From Ostrea edulis (taxonomy: Eukaryota), in contig NC_079170.1 of NCBI RefSeq assembly GCF_947568905.1, positions 79,794,001 through 79,858,000 of the forward strand: 64,000 bases of DNA, read 5' to 3'. The notes beneath the pieces were generated by a model. The model saw only the letters and a list, made by a program, of their open reading frames with translations, searched no databases and was not told the DNA's origin. The translations under genes were made by a program, and so were the position numbers. Each line of letters opens with the position of its first letter. Positions within the stretch are counted from its first letter, which is position 1. This document shows, one piece after another, positions 10,158-23,017 of this stretch.

Positions 10158-12754
10158 AAAACAACACTGTAAAAGATAAAACATAAAAAAAAAAAAAAAG
10201 GTTTTCAACAATTTCCCCCCAAACATAGCCTTTTCAACTGTCTGGTTAAATCGAACGTGCTTTTAATCGAAGTTAGTTCTACAACTGGTACAATATACAT
10301 TAATTTTATGTATCACATCAAATTTCACAGCGAACGAGCTCGAGTCTGTGTGGAAAAAAGGTTTGCCTCATTTTGGATAAATCTAACGTTCATACATATA
10401 CAGATATCCTCCGGATTAGTGTTGAAACTGAAAGATTGAAACAGAATCAATGTAAACTAGGGTGAAGTTTACGACCCATATTAATTAAGAGGAATCAACA
10501 GATTTATTTCATAATATATGAAATTGCTTTAAAAGTCATCTCATTGTTAAGATATACAAGTATTTAGTTTAGAAATGAACTGCCACAAGCCCTCCGTGTT
10601 TAGGATTGGAGTGTTGCGGTCACTAAGTCTAGCTGTTAGCTAAAATAATGATCAATCAAACACAAGATGTTGAACTTGTTGACTTAATAAGATCATGAGT
10701 TATCGTTGTTTTATACATATCACACTTGTAAGCACACACATATACTTAGTAAATACATATAGTACTAAATATATGTTCATGTGCGTTAATGACGTTTTGT
10801 CGGGGGGGGGGGGGTATATAAACCATGTGTTCTTTTCATTCTGTACTCATAGGTGTTACTGCTCGCTAACACCTCTGTCAATGCCAAAATTTCAAAATTC
10901 TTGTGAAACACTTTGAAAATTCTGATACTTTTACGTTTAACTTAATTCCCTTATTCAATTTATGATGCAAAATTTTCAGATAAAGTAGTTTTATTGCTTG
11001 TAAACAATTCCCAAATTGTTGATTTTAATCAAAATGATTGATTTCCCCCTGATTTTTTTTTGGCGTTATCTTATCTACATTAATTATTGTAATTCTTAAA
11101 ATCCGTTCCGTTCCGTCTTCCGTATTTTTTGCTCTAAAGACAAATCTATGTATACATGTGAATATTGTGTATTTATATGTACATTTTAGTATATCAAACG
11201 GTGGATTCTGAGTATGTCCTCCCGTTCTCTCTGTAATTTCTGCATCCCTTATTCATAATAATCCTTTTGATTTTATAAAATGCTGACCTCATCAGATCAT
11301 TGCATAATATATTTCAATCGCTACCCAGAGTTGTCGTTCCTTGCTCTCACTTTCTGTTTTCCGTTCCGTTTTCCGTTCCGTGTTTTAGCAACACCCTGTA
11401 AAGTACTATGCAACCCTGTCAATGTAGTTCATGATAGATGGTTATGTCAATTTTTACATGAATGTCTTGAATTGAGCAACAAAAGTAAAGTGCTATAATT
11501 AATGCGCCCGATAATTCAGATATCATTATCTTTTAAAATACGCAATTTCCGAGTTGCCCAATAGTTCTTTCCCTTTGTGGAACTCTTATGCACAGCGAGA
11601 CGCAAAACATACTATCGTCCACACGCGGTGGGTACAAATGCTTATCGCTGCCTTCATATATTGCCTTAAGACCGATTATCAGACATCATGCAACCACCCA
11701 CAACTGCAGGGACACACACTATTACTCGATAATCACCATTTTTCTTTGATTAAAATACATGTATCACTCCTGTAGAGGGTACCTGTAAAGTGCGAAACGA
11801 AATCGAAACGAAACGAACTCTACCGAAAGGAAACGAAATCTACCGAAACGGAACGAAACCTACCGAAACGAAACAGATTGTATAACCGAACTCTTTTAAT
11901 TATAATAATTTAAAAATGGTATCTTGGGCCCCTGTGAAAGTTACCACATGTAATAAATAAAATTCGCCTCCCTTTTGATATAGGCCTTCGGCTTGACTGA
12001 TACAAAGTTTTAAAAGTTGGAGGGGAGGATGAGTAAGCTCAAAGTACATATCCGAAGTTGATTAAATACCATGTACAATTAGTTTTGGATCCATAAATTT
12101 CAGAACGGAGGGTTACAGTCTCAGCGGTCTGGGGAAACGCACTAAACGAGGGGTGCATGGGGTCGCTGGCGTTGGATCCACCTTTGGGCATAGATACATT
12201 GTTGGAAGAAGCTGGTGTCTGAGAAAGATGAAAGCAGGAAGAGCTATTAACCTCTTATTTGATCTCTAACTGCTGAGGTACGAGTACTTTCAATAATGGG
12301 AAAAAAATAAATAGTATACCATATTATATGAATGCAATTCGGTAAGATATATATACATGTATTGTCAAAAGTTATTATTTGGGGACTATTGGTTTGTTGT
12401 CCTTCCTTCGGTGACTGAGGAAGAACATCATAACATTTCTATATGTTGTACGTGTGTCAAATGAAATTCTTATGAAGTGTAATACTATATACAATTGTTG
12501 GGATTTTCATACTCAATGTTTACGTATGTCATAGAATGGGGGGTGGGGGTGTTCGTATGTGTACTAGTAACGCATTAGTATATATACAGACGTCGATCAT
12601 AACTTACATTGTATCTACAGAAACTAGTGCCTGTATGGTGGGGGTGTTAAAATAGAAATGTAGATTCTTTTGGGTATGAACTATTACAGTGGTGGATTTA
12701 ATCCCCCCCCCCCCCCCCCATTCAAATTTAAGGTATATCATACTCTTGTTTAGG

Positions 12755-13883
12755 AACAAAAATGTCGCAAACGGCACATAATACGCCTGTGAAAATGTTT
12801 AAATATAGGGTGTTTTTCTTCAGCCATAATTTGTAGTGAAAATGTGCTGAACAAGTCAGGCTGTGACATACTTTCTTTGCATAATATGAATATAAAAGGT
12901 CTTAGCTTAAAACTGTGACACGGGGCAGATAGACAAACCATGAGTTCTGAGAGTAGTGAGAGTATTGAAATATTTTCCCAAATTTGACCAACTTCAACAA
13001 ACTCTCAATATTCAAAATGAGAAAAAACTAAAAATTGTTGAGATTCAAAATCCTTGCACTATGCTCTTCTTCAGGTTATTTTCAACTCTTCTAGCTTCAA
13101 AACTGTGAGAGGAAATATAAGGACACACCATGCCCTTTATTTGATATAACATTTCCTCAAAATGGACTAAGTTCAACAACCTGTAATTTTCTTCAAATTG
13201 AAGAGAATCAAAACCGTAGCCACTTGCACATCAGGCGCGGAGCCAGAAAGAAAATGAAGTGTACGTAAAATATGGCAAGGGGTTTGGGGGAGCAGCCTTG
13301 AGCCCCCCCCCCCCCCCCCCCCCCACGTGGGTCCAGGCAAAGCCCTGGTGAAGTCCCCGTAAGCTTCTGGGTTCTGCCAATGCAATCACCTATATTTTTG
13401 TGCAAGCCGGATTTCTAGCAGTCTAATTAAAATTAGATCTTCCATCCGCTCCCCAGTTTTCGATACGTCGCTTCCACGCGACGTATCGAAAACTGGGGAG
13501 CGGATGGAAGATCTGATTTTAATTAGATTGGGTTTTTAGTAGAAAATTTCCAAACCCAAAAGAATTCACAAAATTATTTCCTAAATGCTTGATAATGCCA
13601 ACTCACCGTGTGTACTTGGACTGACTTAATATTCGTTTTACGAATTTCTTCTGTTGTTCTCAGTTGCATGGTATAAATGGTAAATGTAACTGATAACAAA
13701 AAATATCCTAATCCATCTACTACGTGTACATATAATATACATTAAAGTGATATTCGATATGATGTTGATGATTTGAAATTCAAATGGGAATTTAAATTTG
13801 ACTGAACGAACATCATGATGCTGATTAAATTATAAACCGGGACTATATAGTGCGGTTATTTTTGAGGCACAAACATTTTAACG

Positions 13884-13935
<52 letters not shown>

Positions 13936-14840
13936 GATGTGTACACAGCTGCGTATAAACAGCTACGCGCCTGCACATACCCATACAGATACTCTGTAAA
14001 ATATGAAGGTCCTCATTTGAAAGCTGTGTACGAAAAATAAAAGACAAATCATGTACTCTCTATGCAATATTTCTTAAAAACTTATTAAATTCAACAATTT
14101 AACCTGTAATTTTCTTTAAAATTTAAGAAAATCAGAATCTTTGTCACACACACATCTTGCATGCATATACAAATACTCTGTAAAATATGAATGTCCTGAG
14201 ACTCCTGACTTGAAAACCGTGGAATAATGTATACAGACAAATCATGTATACTCATTATGCAATAATTCCTAAAGACTCACGATAAGTTCAATTACCTGTA
14301 ATTTTCTTTAAAAAAAAATAAATGCAGAAAATCAAAATCCTTGCCACATGCACACCTTCAACACCCATATAAAGACTCTGAAAATAAGAAGGTTCTCCCC
14401 TGAAAACTGTGGGAGGAAGAGGTCACCGAACAAATCATGTACTCTCTCCGTAACATTTCCTCAAATTACACGGACGAAGTTCAACAACTTGTACACGTGT
14501 GTATTTTCTAAGAAATTGAAGAAAATCAGAATCCTTGCCACATGCACATCTCTAATATCCATACAAACACTTTATAAAAACAAAATGGCCCTCGCTTGAA
14601 AATTGTGGGAGGAGTTCGCCGGACAAATTATTGTACCCTCCATATAACAATAATTTTCAAATAAAGAGGCACAACTCCTGCAAGAGAGGCCAAAATGGAT
14701 AAAAATTGCGATATGATCTAGAATAATCCTAGCAAGTTTCAGCATGTTATTGTGACAGATAAATTAAATTAGAAACAGAAAAACCGGCATCGCTGTTCAC
14801 ATTCCATAATATGTCCCCGTCTAACGACAGGCGTATTTTG
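12755..14840 (-). mobile_element. HINE-type (Helentron-associated) element with degenerate satellite monomers, interrupted by later insertions
   Basis: Terminal hairpin TACGCCTGTC-GTTA-GACGGG at ~14830 and a GGCGTATTATGTGCCG end at ~12780. Repeated ~165-bp monomers lie between. Confidence 0.6.
13419..13530. mobile_element. Foldback MITE / near-perfect hairpin
   Basis: 50-bp arms (13422-13471, 13478-13527) with 1 mismatch and a 6-nt loop. The flanks GATTTCTAG / GGTTTTTAG match 7/9 (possible degraded 9-bp TSD, Mutator-like). Confidence 0.8.
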
Positions 14841-15413
14841 TCAATTCGGGAATCACAGTTCTGTACATAACCTTTCCGTAGTTACTTCTTTATGTACATA
14901 TCCGATCATGAAGAAAAGAAAAATGTTTAGCTACTTTGATCACATGAGTTTGAAATTGAAGTCAATTTATTGATAAAATTTCAAACTCCTGTGCTTTGAT
15001 GGTATTCTCTTTAGAGAAGTCGAGAGGCATAGCCTTCATCGATGAAGGCAATGCGTCTCGACTTCTCTAAAGAGAATACTTTGGTGGTGACAAAAGGTTT
15101 GTATTTTAAATTTGAAATGTAATACATGTACATCATTTTGTGCCACATCAGTTAGAGGTTTGGTAAAATTCATGCATGCATTCAGAAAAAAAGAGCACAA
15201 GTCTTGATGATGTTGATCAAGTGAAGTCAAAGCCTAATAAATAAATAATATGTTTTACGGCGTGACCGTATTTGAGGGCGAAGCAAAAAAAATTTTGGCA
15301 TTAGTATCTATATCCAAAACAGAAAAAAAAAAACAACCCGAAGTTAGCAGGATTTGATCCGCCTATATATTGAACGCGGGAAATATAACGCAACTGATGT
15401 AAACAGTACATTG

Positions 15414-15486
15414 TGACGTCATATTCAGCGTCGTATTTTAGCAAATTTACAAACATAGCGTCTGAACCACAACAACAAACATGGCG
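15414..15486 (+). promoter_or_regulatory. CRE palindrome and YY1-like motif in the intergenic region
   Basis: TGACGTCA at 15414-15421 and AAACATGGCG at 15477-15486. These may simply be transposon-internal. Confidence 0.25.
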
Positions 15487-16597
15487 TTAATGGTGGAGTG
15501 ATTATATATGATTAAGAAAATAAGATTTACATGCTTTTACGAATTTTTTAACATCTCAGAACGACGTGAACTAGGGTAGACGAGATTCAAAATGGAGAAA
15601 TACATGTCCACGCGATAGTATTCGAATCGACGCCATTAGTACCAAACTTTTCAAGTTCCATAGGTATGGTTTAATTTTTCATTGTTTTCCTATATTTTCC
15701 TTTTAAACATGTATATACGTGTTACCTATAGGGAGAGCTTTAATTTAATCAAAAATACATAGTCCTAGAGACATATTTCAAACCATAATAAATCATTAAA
15801 ATCAGGAACTGGACCCACTCATTAAGGCAGACCCCCTGCCTCCAATCGGAACACGCTCGGTCTTTTAAAAAATATTTGTCGGTTACGGAAATGGCCGAGT
15901 TGTTACGATTGCCCCTGCCTCATGAAGTTGCACCCCCGCCTTAACGGATATCCGCCCCTCGATATAAATATACATAGCAAATTAAATAAGTGTACAATTT
16001 AATGGTATGAATTAACGAACTAGCCTATATACAATTACCTTTTTCCGCATTTCGAGGTCGATTGTGTGTCTCAGGCGATCATTTTCTAGCCACTTTACGG
16101 GCAGTTTTAAGTTTAATTTATTATTATCATTAATTTTATAGCATGAACATTTATAAAAGTATGACTTGCAGTAATAGTTTTCTGGGTCCCAAAATCCAAG
16201 GGGTTTTATTTCTGTTTCCCCCTGAGCTTGATATGTTACATGATATTCTAGTCGAATTTTCATAACTACATGTAGTTGTGTAGTAAAATGGCACAATGTA
16301 ATTACTATTATATTGTTGGATAAATATTCATTATAAAATGAGTTTGATAATATCAAAAAATAGTCGGCGTCTAATAACTAAGGCGGGCTTTTAAACATCA
16401 TAGAAAATTTACAAGTCCCTATCGATATTTTAAAGGAATTCTATATTTTGTGCTTAATACACCAACTTAAGCCATGCATCCACGTTTTTTGTTGGTATCA
16501 AGTATCCTTAAAAACAAAAACTTGATCAGATGTTTCGGAACATTTCCGAGTATATTTCAAACCAGCCTTTTACCCCGGACTCATTACAACTGTAGCA

Positions 16598-16716
16598 CAC
16601 AGGCACTCGATATTTTGAATAGCTATGATAAAAACAATTGTCTTCCTGTAAATATATAATGTTTACAGGAAGGTAGTTGTTTTTATTATAGATATTTATA
16701 ACGTCGAGTGCCTGTG
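16598..16716. mobile_element. 119-bp hairpin MITE with 8-bp TSD
   Basis: Perfect 13-bp TIR CACAGGCACTCGA, flanked on both sides by CTGTAGCA; the arms pair almost to the centre. Confidence 0.9.
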
Positions 16717-17742
16717 CTGTAGCAATATAAACAGAGAATGCTACGAAAATGTATATCGCGAGATTTTTCGAAATCAACCCTCTTTCAATGGTAAAAATTG
16801 TATCAACCGAACCCGTCTCTTTATAACACGTAATTCTAATCAGTATAATTATGTATTAAAGTCAACAGTAAAACATATTGAGGGGTTACAACACGCCAAT
16901 CGGCAGATATGTGAATTGTACAAAAAATATTTTACGGGATCTTGCCGAAAAGAAAGTACGAAGGTGCACGTGGATACAAATTTTGAAGAAAATTTTCGGC
17001 ATATACAAATGACCGGGAATGTTTATGAATGGTTCTTAACAGCAGAACATTTTGTTTGTTTCTTAAGTGGCAAACTCTCAGAAGGCGAGCGCTTGCGAAC
17101 AGCTGACGGTCGCACGTGCGTGATGGGGTTGCCTGGGATCTCTCTGTATCTGGTGTTGAAGCATCGTCTCCTTCTCAATCGGTCGTTCATAATCAAATTA
17201 TTGCCTCACTTTCATTCATAACTTAAAAAAAGATGAAATGTACACAATTAAAACACGTGAAGAAACATGGTGCTTAATCGCGGACAGGCGGCGCGGATTG
17301 CACAGGCAGCTCGCGCTCCTATCTAGTTTTTTGCGTGCTCCAAACTCGTGGGCCAGTGTATGTTTGAAATTACAGAAAATATATTTTAGGAGGTACTTTG
17401 ACACCTGAAATTCATTACTCTGACATTTCGGAAGCAGGCCTAAGATGAAATATTGTGGATGATGCACGCCTCACTAAATCTGTAATTAGAGGGGAATGGT
17501 GTGATTATATTTCGTGTTTTGATGTACAGAAAATTAATTCAAAATTATTGGAGAAGGGAAAAGTTTTCCGCTTGTGTTACCAATGCTACAAAAAAATGTA
17601 TCTACGGTGTTCTATAAAATGAAGAAAATGCGGCAACACAGTTATGCAGTGCTATTGAAAACACGGAAAAATCAAAGAACGCCTGTTAACATTGTGTTAT
17701 TTTTGAATTTAAAATCAAGGATATAAATAGATAGAATTAAAA

Positions 17743-17806
17743 ATGGGACAGGAAATTTCAATGGATGATTATGAGAGTGACAGCTCGCTTCAGAGTATTC
17801 TTCAAT
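17743..17806 (+). CDS. Candidate first coding exon of the FGD-like gene (MGQEISMDDYESDSSLQSILQ)
   Basis: ATG-initiated and ends T|GTAAGT in phase 1, compatible with the downstream phase-1 exon chain. Confidence 0.6.
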
Positions 17807-18210
17807 GTAAGTATAGAACCGTGCATGTAAGTCCATGTATGTTAATTGGTTTTTATTTATCACCGTATTACATTGCAACACAAGGAATACCATTTTGCTT
17901 TACCCTATTGACTTGTACGATTGTGAAAAGGAAATGCCACTTTATAAGCCCCCCCTCCTCTCTTTCTCTCTCTCTTTCTAACACCTACTGCATATTCTTG
18001 TAAACACTTCTCAGCTGAGAAAATATGAAATATGGGGAATGTTTTAAAAAAAAGTTATATATACATGTATACATAGTTCATCAATTCGTATATTATGCTT
18101 TTATTTTGTACATGCAGTTACGTATTTATAGTATACCGAAACTTTAATATAGAACTTAACAGCCCCAAGTGTCAATTTACCCAGCCACCCACAGAGAGAG
18201 AGGGAGAAGA

Positions 18211-18243
<33 letters not shown>

Positions 18244-18819
18244 AGAGTTATATGTACTAGTATTTGAAATTGTGGTACATGAGGTTGGTTTAAGTGCATA
18301 ACGGAACATATATTCCGAAAGTGCAGCAAGAGTTTAAATGTCGTGCCATTAGATCATAAATTGTCATTAAACCAATCCCTATTTCTGGAAGTGTTGAAGA
18401 GAAAATTTAAGCGATATAAAAGGCTTTCACGCAAGAGCTACAAACTGTCGGCGGCCTGGCTAGACGAATGCTTTGCCATGTGTTTTGTTAATTAATTGAA
18501 TCGAATGACCGCGACTGGAAAAAAAAAAAAAAAAGAGCAGGCCTTGATTGCGAATTCAATTGAGTATGCGGTGTTTGGTGAACGTGGGTTATTCCCGCAC
18601 ATCCTTATGACCATGGCATGGGGTGAAATAATCGCTCTACTGTAGAAATATAGCTAAAACTCTGTTCAATGATTAAATTGACGGATCCAGGAGTTTATGG
18701 ATGAGGGATGGACCAGACCTGAGATGTAGGAAATCTGACGATCCCAGATATCTCACAAGTACATGTAAACCCCTGTAGGGTTCGTTGCAATGGATATGTA
18801 CATGTAAACGGCCCTGTAG

Positions 18820-18940
18820 CAGTGGCGTAGCTTCCATTTAGGCAAACACCTTTTACGTTGTTAAAATGTCGATAGCTTCTGGGGGCTGCGCCCCCCAGAC
18901 CCCCTGCCTCGGTAATATTCAAACCCAAGCTACGCCTATG
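18820..18940. mobile_element. 121-bp MITE with 5-bp TSD
   Basis: TIR CAGTGGCGTAGCTT / AAGCTACGCCTATG (12/14), with TGTAG on both flanks. Confidence 0.7.
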
Positions 18941-19447
18941 TGTAGGGTTAATGGGACGAATTCCTCGAAAAAAGTTTTGAATCTAACTGAACCATATACA
19001 CGTAATTAAACATGTACATATATGCAAAACTGTGAAGCTTCTATGGGCGGATTCGGTTCCTGATATCAATAAAGTGGCGGATCCGGCTTCCTATATTAAT
19101 AAAGGGGTGGATTCGGCACCTGATATCAATAAAGATTACCTTTTTGCCAAAACGATATCTGAAAAGATACACGATATTTAATGAGATGTCTGAAGTACCG
19201 AGGCTGAAACAGGGGTGGGTGTTACACGATATTCTACATGTACATGTCCACTCTCAACCCAGACTAATTATAATCATAGGCTCTTCATATGAAGAGCGTT
19301 TTGTTTGTTTGTTTTACGGATCCAGAAATTTGTCAAACGTATGATGGATGGGTTGCGATCCAAATTTGTTGTCGTTGAAGGCATCAAAATAACAAAAAAA
19401 TGCCATTTTTGCCAAAGATATCTAACAGAAAGGGGTGGGGGAGGTGA

Positions 19448-19546
19448 AATCTCAGCGAGATTCGTCGAGGCTGGATATTTGGACTGACGCCTATTTGGAA
19501 TAGGTGTCAGTCCAAATATCCAGTCTCGACGAATTTTGCTGAGATT
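19448..19546. repeat. 48-bp inverted repeat, 3-nt loop
   Basis: The arms pair fully when four G-T pairs on the + strand are counted. No TSD seen. Confidence 0.9.
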
Positions 19547-21793
19547 AACAGCTGAAAATATCGTGCCACGACTGCTGTGACACGGGACCTCGCTGCGGTC
19601 TCATCCGAAGGCATCGTTGTACGGAGCTTGGCGTGCGATGATGTTCCGAAGGACCGCCCCATTTCATCGCGTCTTACGACAATCATTTAGCTGTTTGTCA
19701 ATCATTTCACAAGCTATATCGTATTTTTTACAGCCTTTCTTACTTTTGATTCCATGAAACTTGCATTAATATTCACCACGTGAATGTCCCTACATTCATA
19801 CGCATAATACGAAAGTAGATCTAAAACAGCGATTTTATCAGAAAATGTGGTAGCATTTCTTACAATGATTAGATATTTAGTCCAAAACATAAATGTTGGA
19901 TATTTAATTTCTGTAAATGTTTACCCATGAGTACTCTTATTTGCTGAACCGAATATAGTGCGAGTAGCGAACGGAACTCTGGGTAGTACTGAGGTCCTAT
20001 ACCAAACCAAACCGAATCCCCAGGGGGTTCATGGACATTTGAAGTTGAACTTGATGAAAAGGTTACATGTTCATAAAACAAAGTAATTCTAGCTATGTAC
20101 ATGTAGCCTAGGTTGTGACAGGACCGGTCTGTTTATATGGTAGTATGAATAGCATGCAGCAGTACCTTTTATTGTAGAAATTGGAGTACATGTAGATATC
20201 AGGATAATTTCTGTATTTCTTGTATTTCACTTAAAGTCTTCAATAAGAGCAATTTAAAAAAATACATTAGATCTATCATTCTTGTACAAAAGGTTCTCTT
20301 GGATTAATTGAACATGTTGCCCAGCACACACAATTGAAATCTCCGTACAGTATGTTTTAAATAAAGGCATCCTTGTTGTAAAATTTACTTCTGGAGAATC
20401 CAATGTAAATATCTCAGGTTATTTCAGATCGGCAGGAGCTATAGGCTTGGTACTAATTATTAATTAATATAAACAGTAAGTGTTCATGGTTATTTTCATT
20501 GGAGACAGATTGGCCTTTTCCCTTCAGACCAGCAGATTCATTCCTTAAACACGTGTATGTTATGGATGCATCATTGAACTAATCTTGTTCTATGGAAATG
20601 ATTGAAGAGTAATTAAGTTCTTCTGATCAGACTTGAAAAACAGTTTACCCCCAGAGTGTTGATATGCAAAATTACACTTTATGTGGGTTACAAAATGATG
20701 TGAAAATTTGGGAAGTTGCTCAATCTCAATAGACTGAAGTGTCATATATTAAATTCTCTGATTGAGAAAATGTGGTAGATTTTTTTTTCTTTGCTCCAGA
20801 CAGTGATTATTCCCGAATCATATTTTTCAATTCTTATTGTATTCTAGTCTCTGATTGGTGAAATACAAACTAGGCTATGCAATTCATTTTTGTATAATAT
20901 ATACATGTACATGTAATCTATCCTCTGACGTCATAAGGTTTTTGCAAATTAAATCTTTATTTGTAAAAACTGTGTACATGATAGAAATATATCTTTCATA
21001 GGAATTTTATTTACTGGCCAGTGTATGATAAAAGAAAATCTAGCAAACTATACTTGATACTGAAAAAAAGTTTTTATTTTATAACATTACAGCTAAGTGT
21101 ATTAATGTACATGTATATATATAAGAAATGTTGTCAAGGGCAATAACTCATGTGCTGGTATATCGATTATACATATTCATGGTATTAAAGAAAGAAATTT
21201 CATTTTTGAAATATTTATGAGGGTATGAACTGCAATGCTACGCCTGTGTACTTCATGAAAAGTATGAAGTGTTGCTGTTTAGACCCTCGTGTATTTTTAA
21301 AAAAAAAAAAAATAATTTTTTTAATATTTACATTCTATTTTTATTACTCTCAGAGAAATAGTTGTACTATATTTAACAAGTTGAGGAAATGGCTATAATT
21401 TCACATCAAAAAATATTGGAAATGTAAATACTAAGATATGAAATATCGATGTTAATTTTTAAGACTATGATTTTGAGCAGTGAAGGTAAGATAATAGTTT
21501 CTGATAGAATTTCAATAGAAGAATCAATTTCAGCTATCATAAGATTTATAAATGAAATTATATGAATTGAAGATGATATTGCCACAGTAATTCTGATGTC
21601 GTTAATTTTTCCTGCCATATGATTTTAAGAATTCTGAAGCTGCAATTACACACAACAATCACCTTTCATTTGAGCCATTGAGAGGCAATTGTATTAATGT
21701 TAAGATTTAGACCTTGTCTTTTGATATTAAACTGTAAAATAAATGTAGCTGGAAAAAAAAATGGTTTCTAAAACAAAAATTTTTGAATCTTAG

Positions 21794-21964
21794 ACCAGGT
21801 ACAGGGAGATGTGGAAAAGATTCAGATAGAACACCTAGCGGAGAAGTGGATCCTGCGAGCTTGTGTGGCGGAGAGGCGAGCGGCACCATACGGACGGCTG
21901 CGGTCAGAGTGTGGCGAACCGCTGATCCAGAAACGAGAAGAGAAACACATCATCAACAATCTAA
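21794..21964 (+). CDS. Candidate FGD-like exon (YQVQGDVEKIQIEHLAEKWILRACVAERRAAPYGRLRSECGEPLIQKREEKHIINNL)
   Basis: tag|AC ... CTA A|gtaagt. 171 nt, symmetric phase 1-1, open frame, and a GC-rich island in AT-rich intron. Confidence 0.65.
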
Positions 21965-22042
21965 GTAAGTGTTGATCCAAAAACTTTCTCTCGCTATAAT
22001 GGCTGTAAGCATCAGGCCGTTATTCGCTTGGTCCTAGTGAAC

Positions 22043-22516
22043 GAGATCTATAATGGCTGTAAGCATCAGGCCGTTATTCGCTCGGTTTTAAAGCCTTACT
22101 GAGAATTCATTATGTTTTGTTGCAGCTCGATGTTTGTTGATTTCGTGGGCGTATTGTATCTGATCTGTACCATGAATTTTGAATCTTCTTTGAAATACAC
22201 AAAGTTGCATAATTTAATGCCAGTCCATCAAAGATTAACTCCCACAGATAAGCTCATACAGATTAACTCCCACAGATAAGCTCATACAGATTAACTCCCA
22301 CAGATAAGCTCATACAGATTAACTCCAACAGTTTATCTCCAATGAATTAACTCTCATAGATTTTTTCCCACAGCACCCACGGATTAACTTTCCCATGGAC
22401 TAATTAACTTTCCCATGAATTAACTCTACCATGTATTAACTCCCATAGACTTTCTCCCTGACCGATGTCCTCCTATAATCTCTGGAGATTATAGGTTTAC
22501 AGCCATTATAGATCTC
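22043..22516. mobile_element. MITE/HINE-like element with internal 28-bp tandem repeat
   Basis: 22-bp TIR GAGATCTATAATGGCTGTAA(G/A)C and a subterminal hairpin CTATAATCTC-TG-GAGATTATAG (22473-22494). AAC lies on both flanks, and the 5' end is duplicated at 21994. Confidence 0.8.
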
Positions 22517-23017
22517 AACATTGTGATTGTGGACAGCAGATAAAGTTTTTTTTAGATACACTATTACTCCTATATTATTCAAACTGGTGTACATGATTCA
22601 TCAATAAGATATAACCAATCAGGTCTCTGATACAGCGTCTGGCCTGTGTTGTCTTGGTAAGTCTGTGGTCGAGTATTTTAAGAAGTCCAATTCTAAGTAA
22701 CTATTTATCTTACATGAGTCAAACTTGCATGACTAATGCATTTATAGACATACCTGCACTAATGATTTTTGGATGTTGCATCCAGCCTACATTTTCTGGA
22801 GGAGTGATTTGGTTAAAATGTTTTGCAGCAGGCCTATTAATTAATAAAGTAACTACTTCATGGTTTATTACAGTGGCTGACTACACAATATTAATTCGAC
22901 GCATACACTTCTCTTCCCCCACAAATCCAACCTTTCCTGGCAAATTCTAGTTGTTTTCTTCTGTTTCTGGATAAAAACATTTTTAATTAGGGCCTTGCTT
23001 ATAGGCAGATGCCTTAT

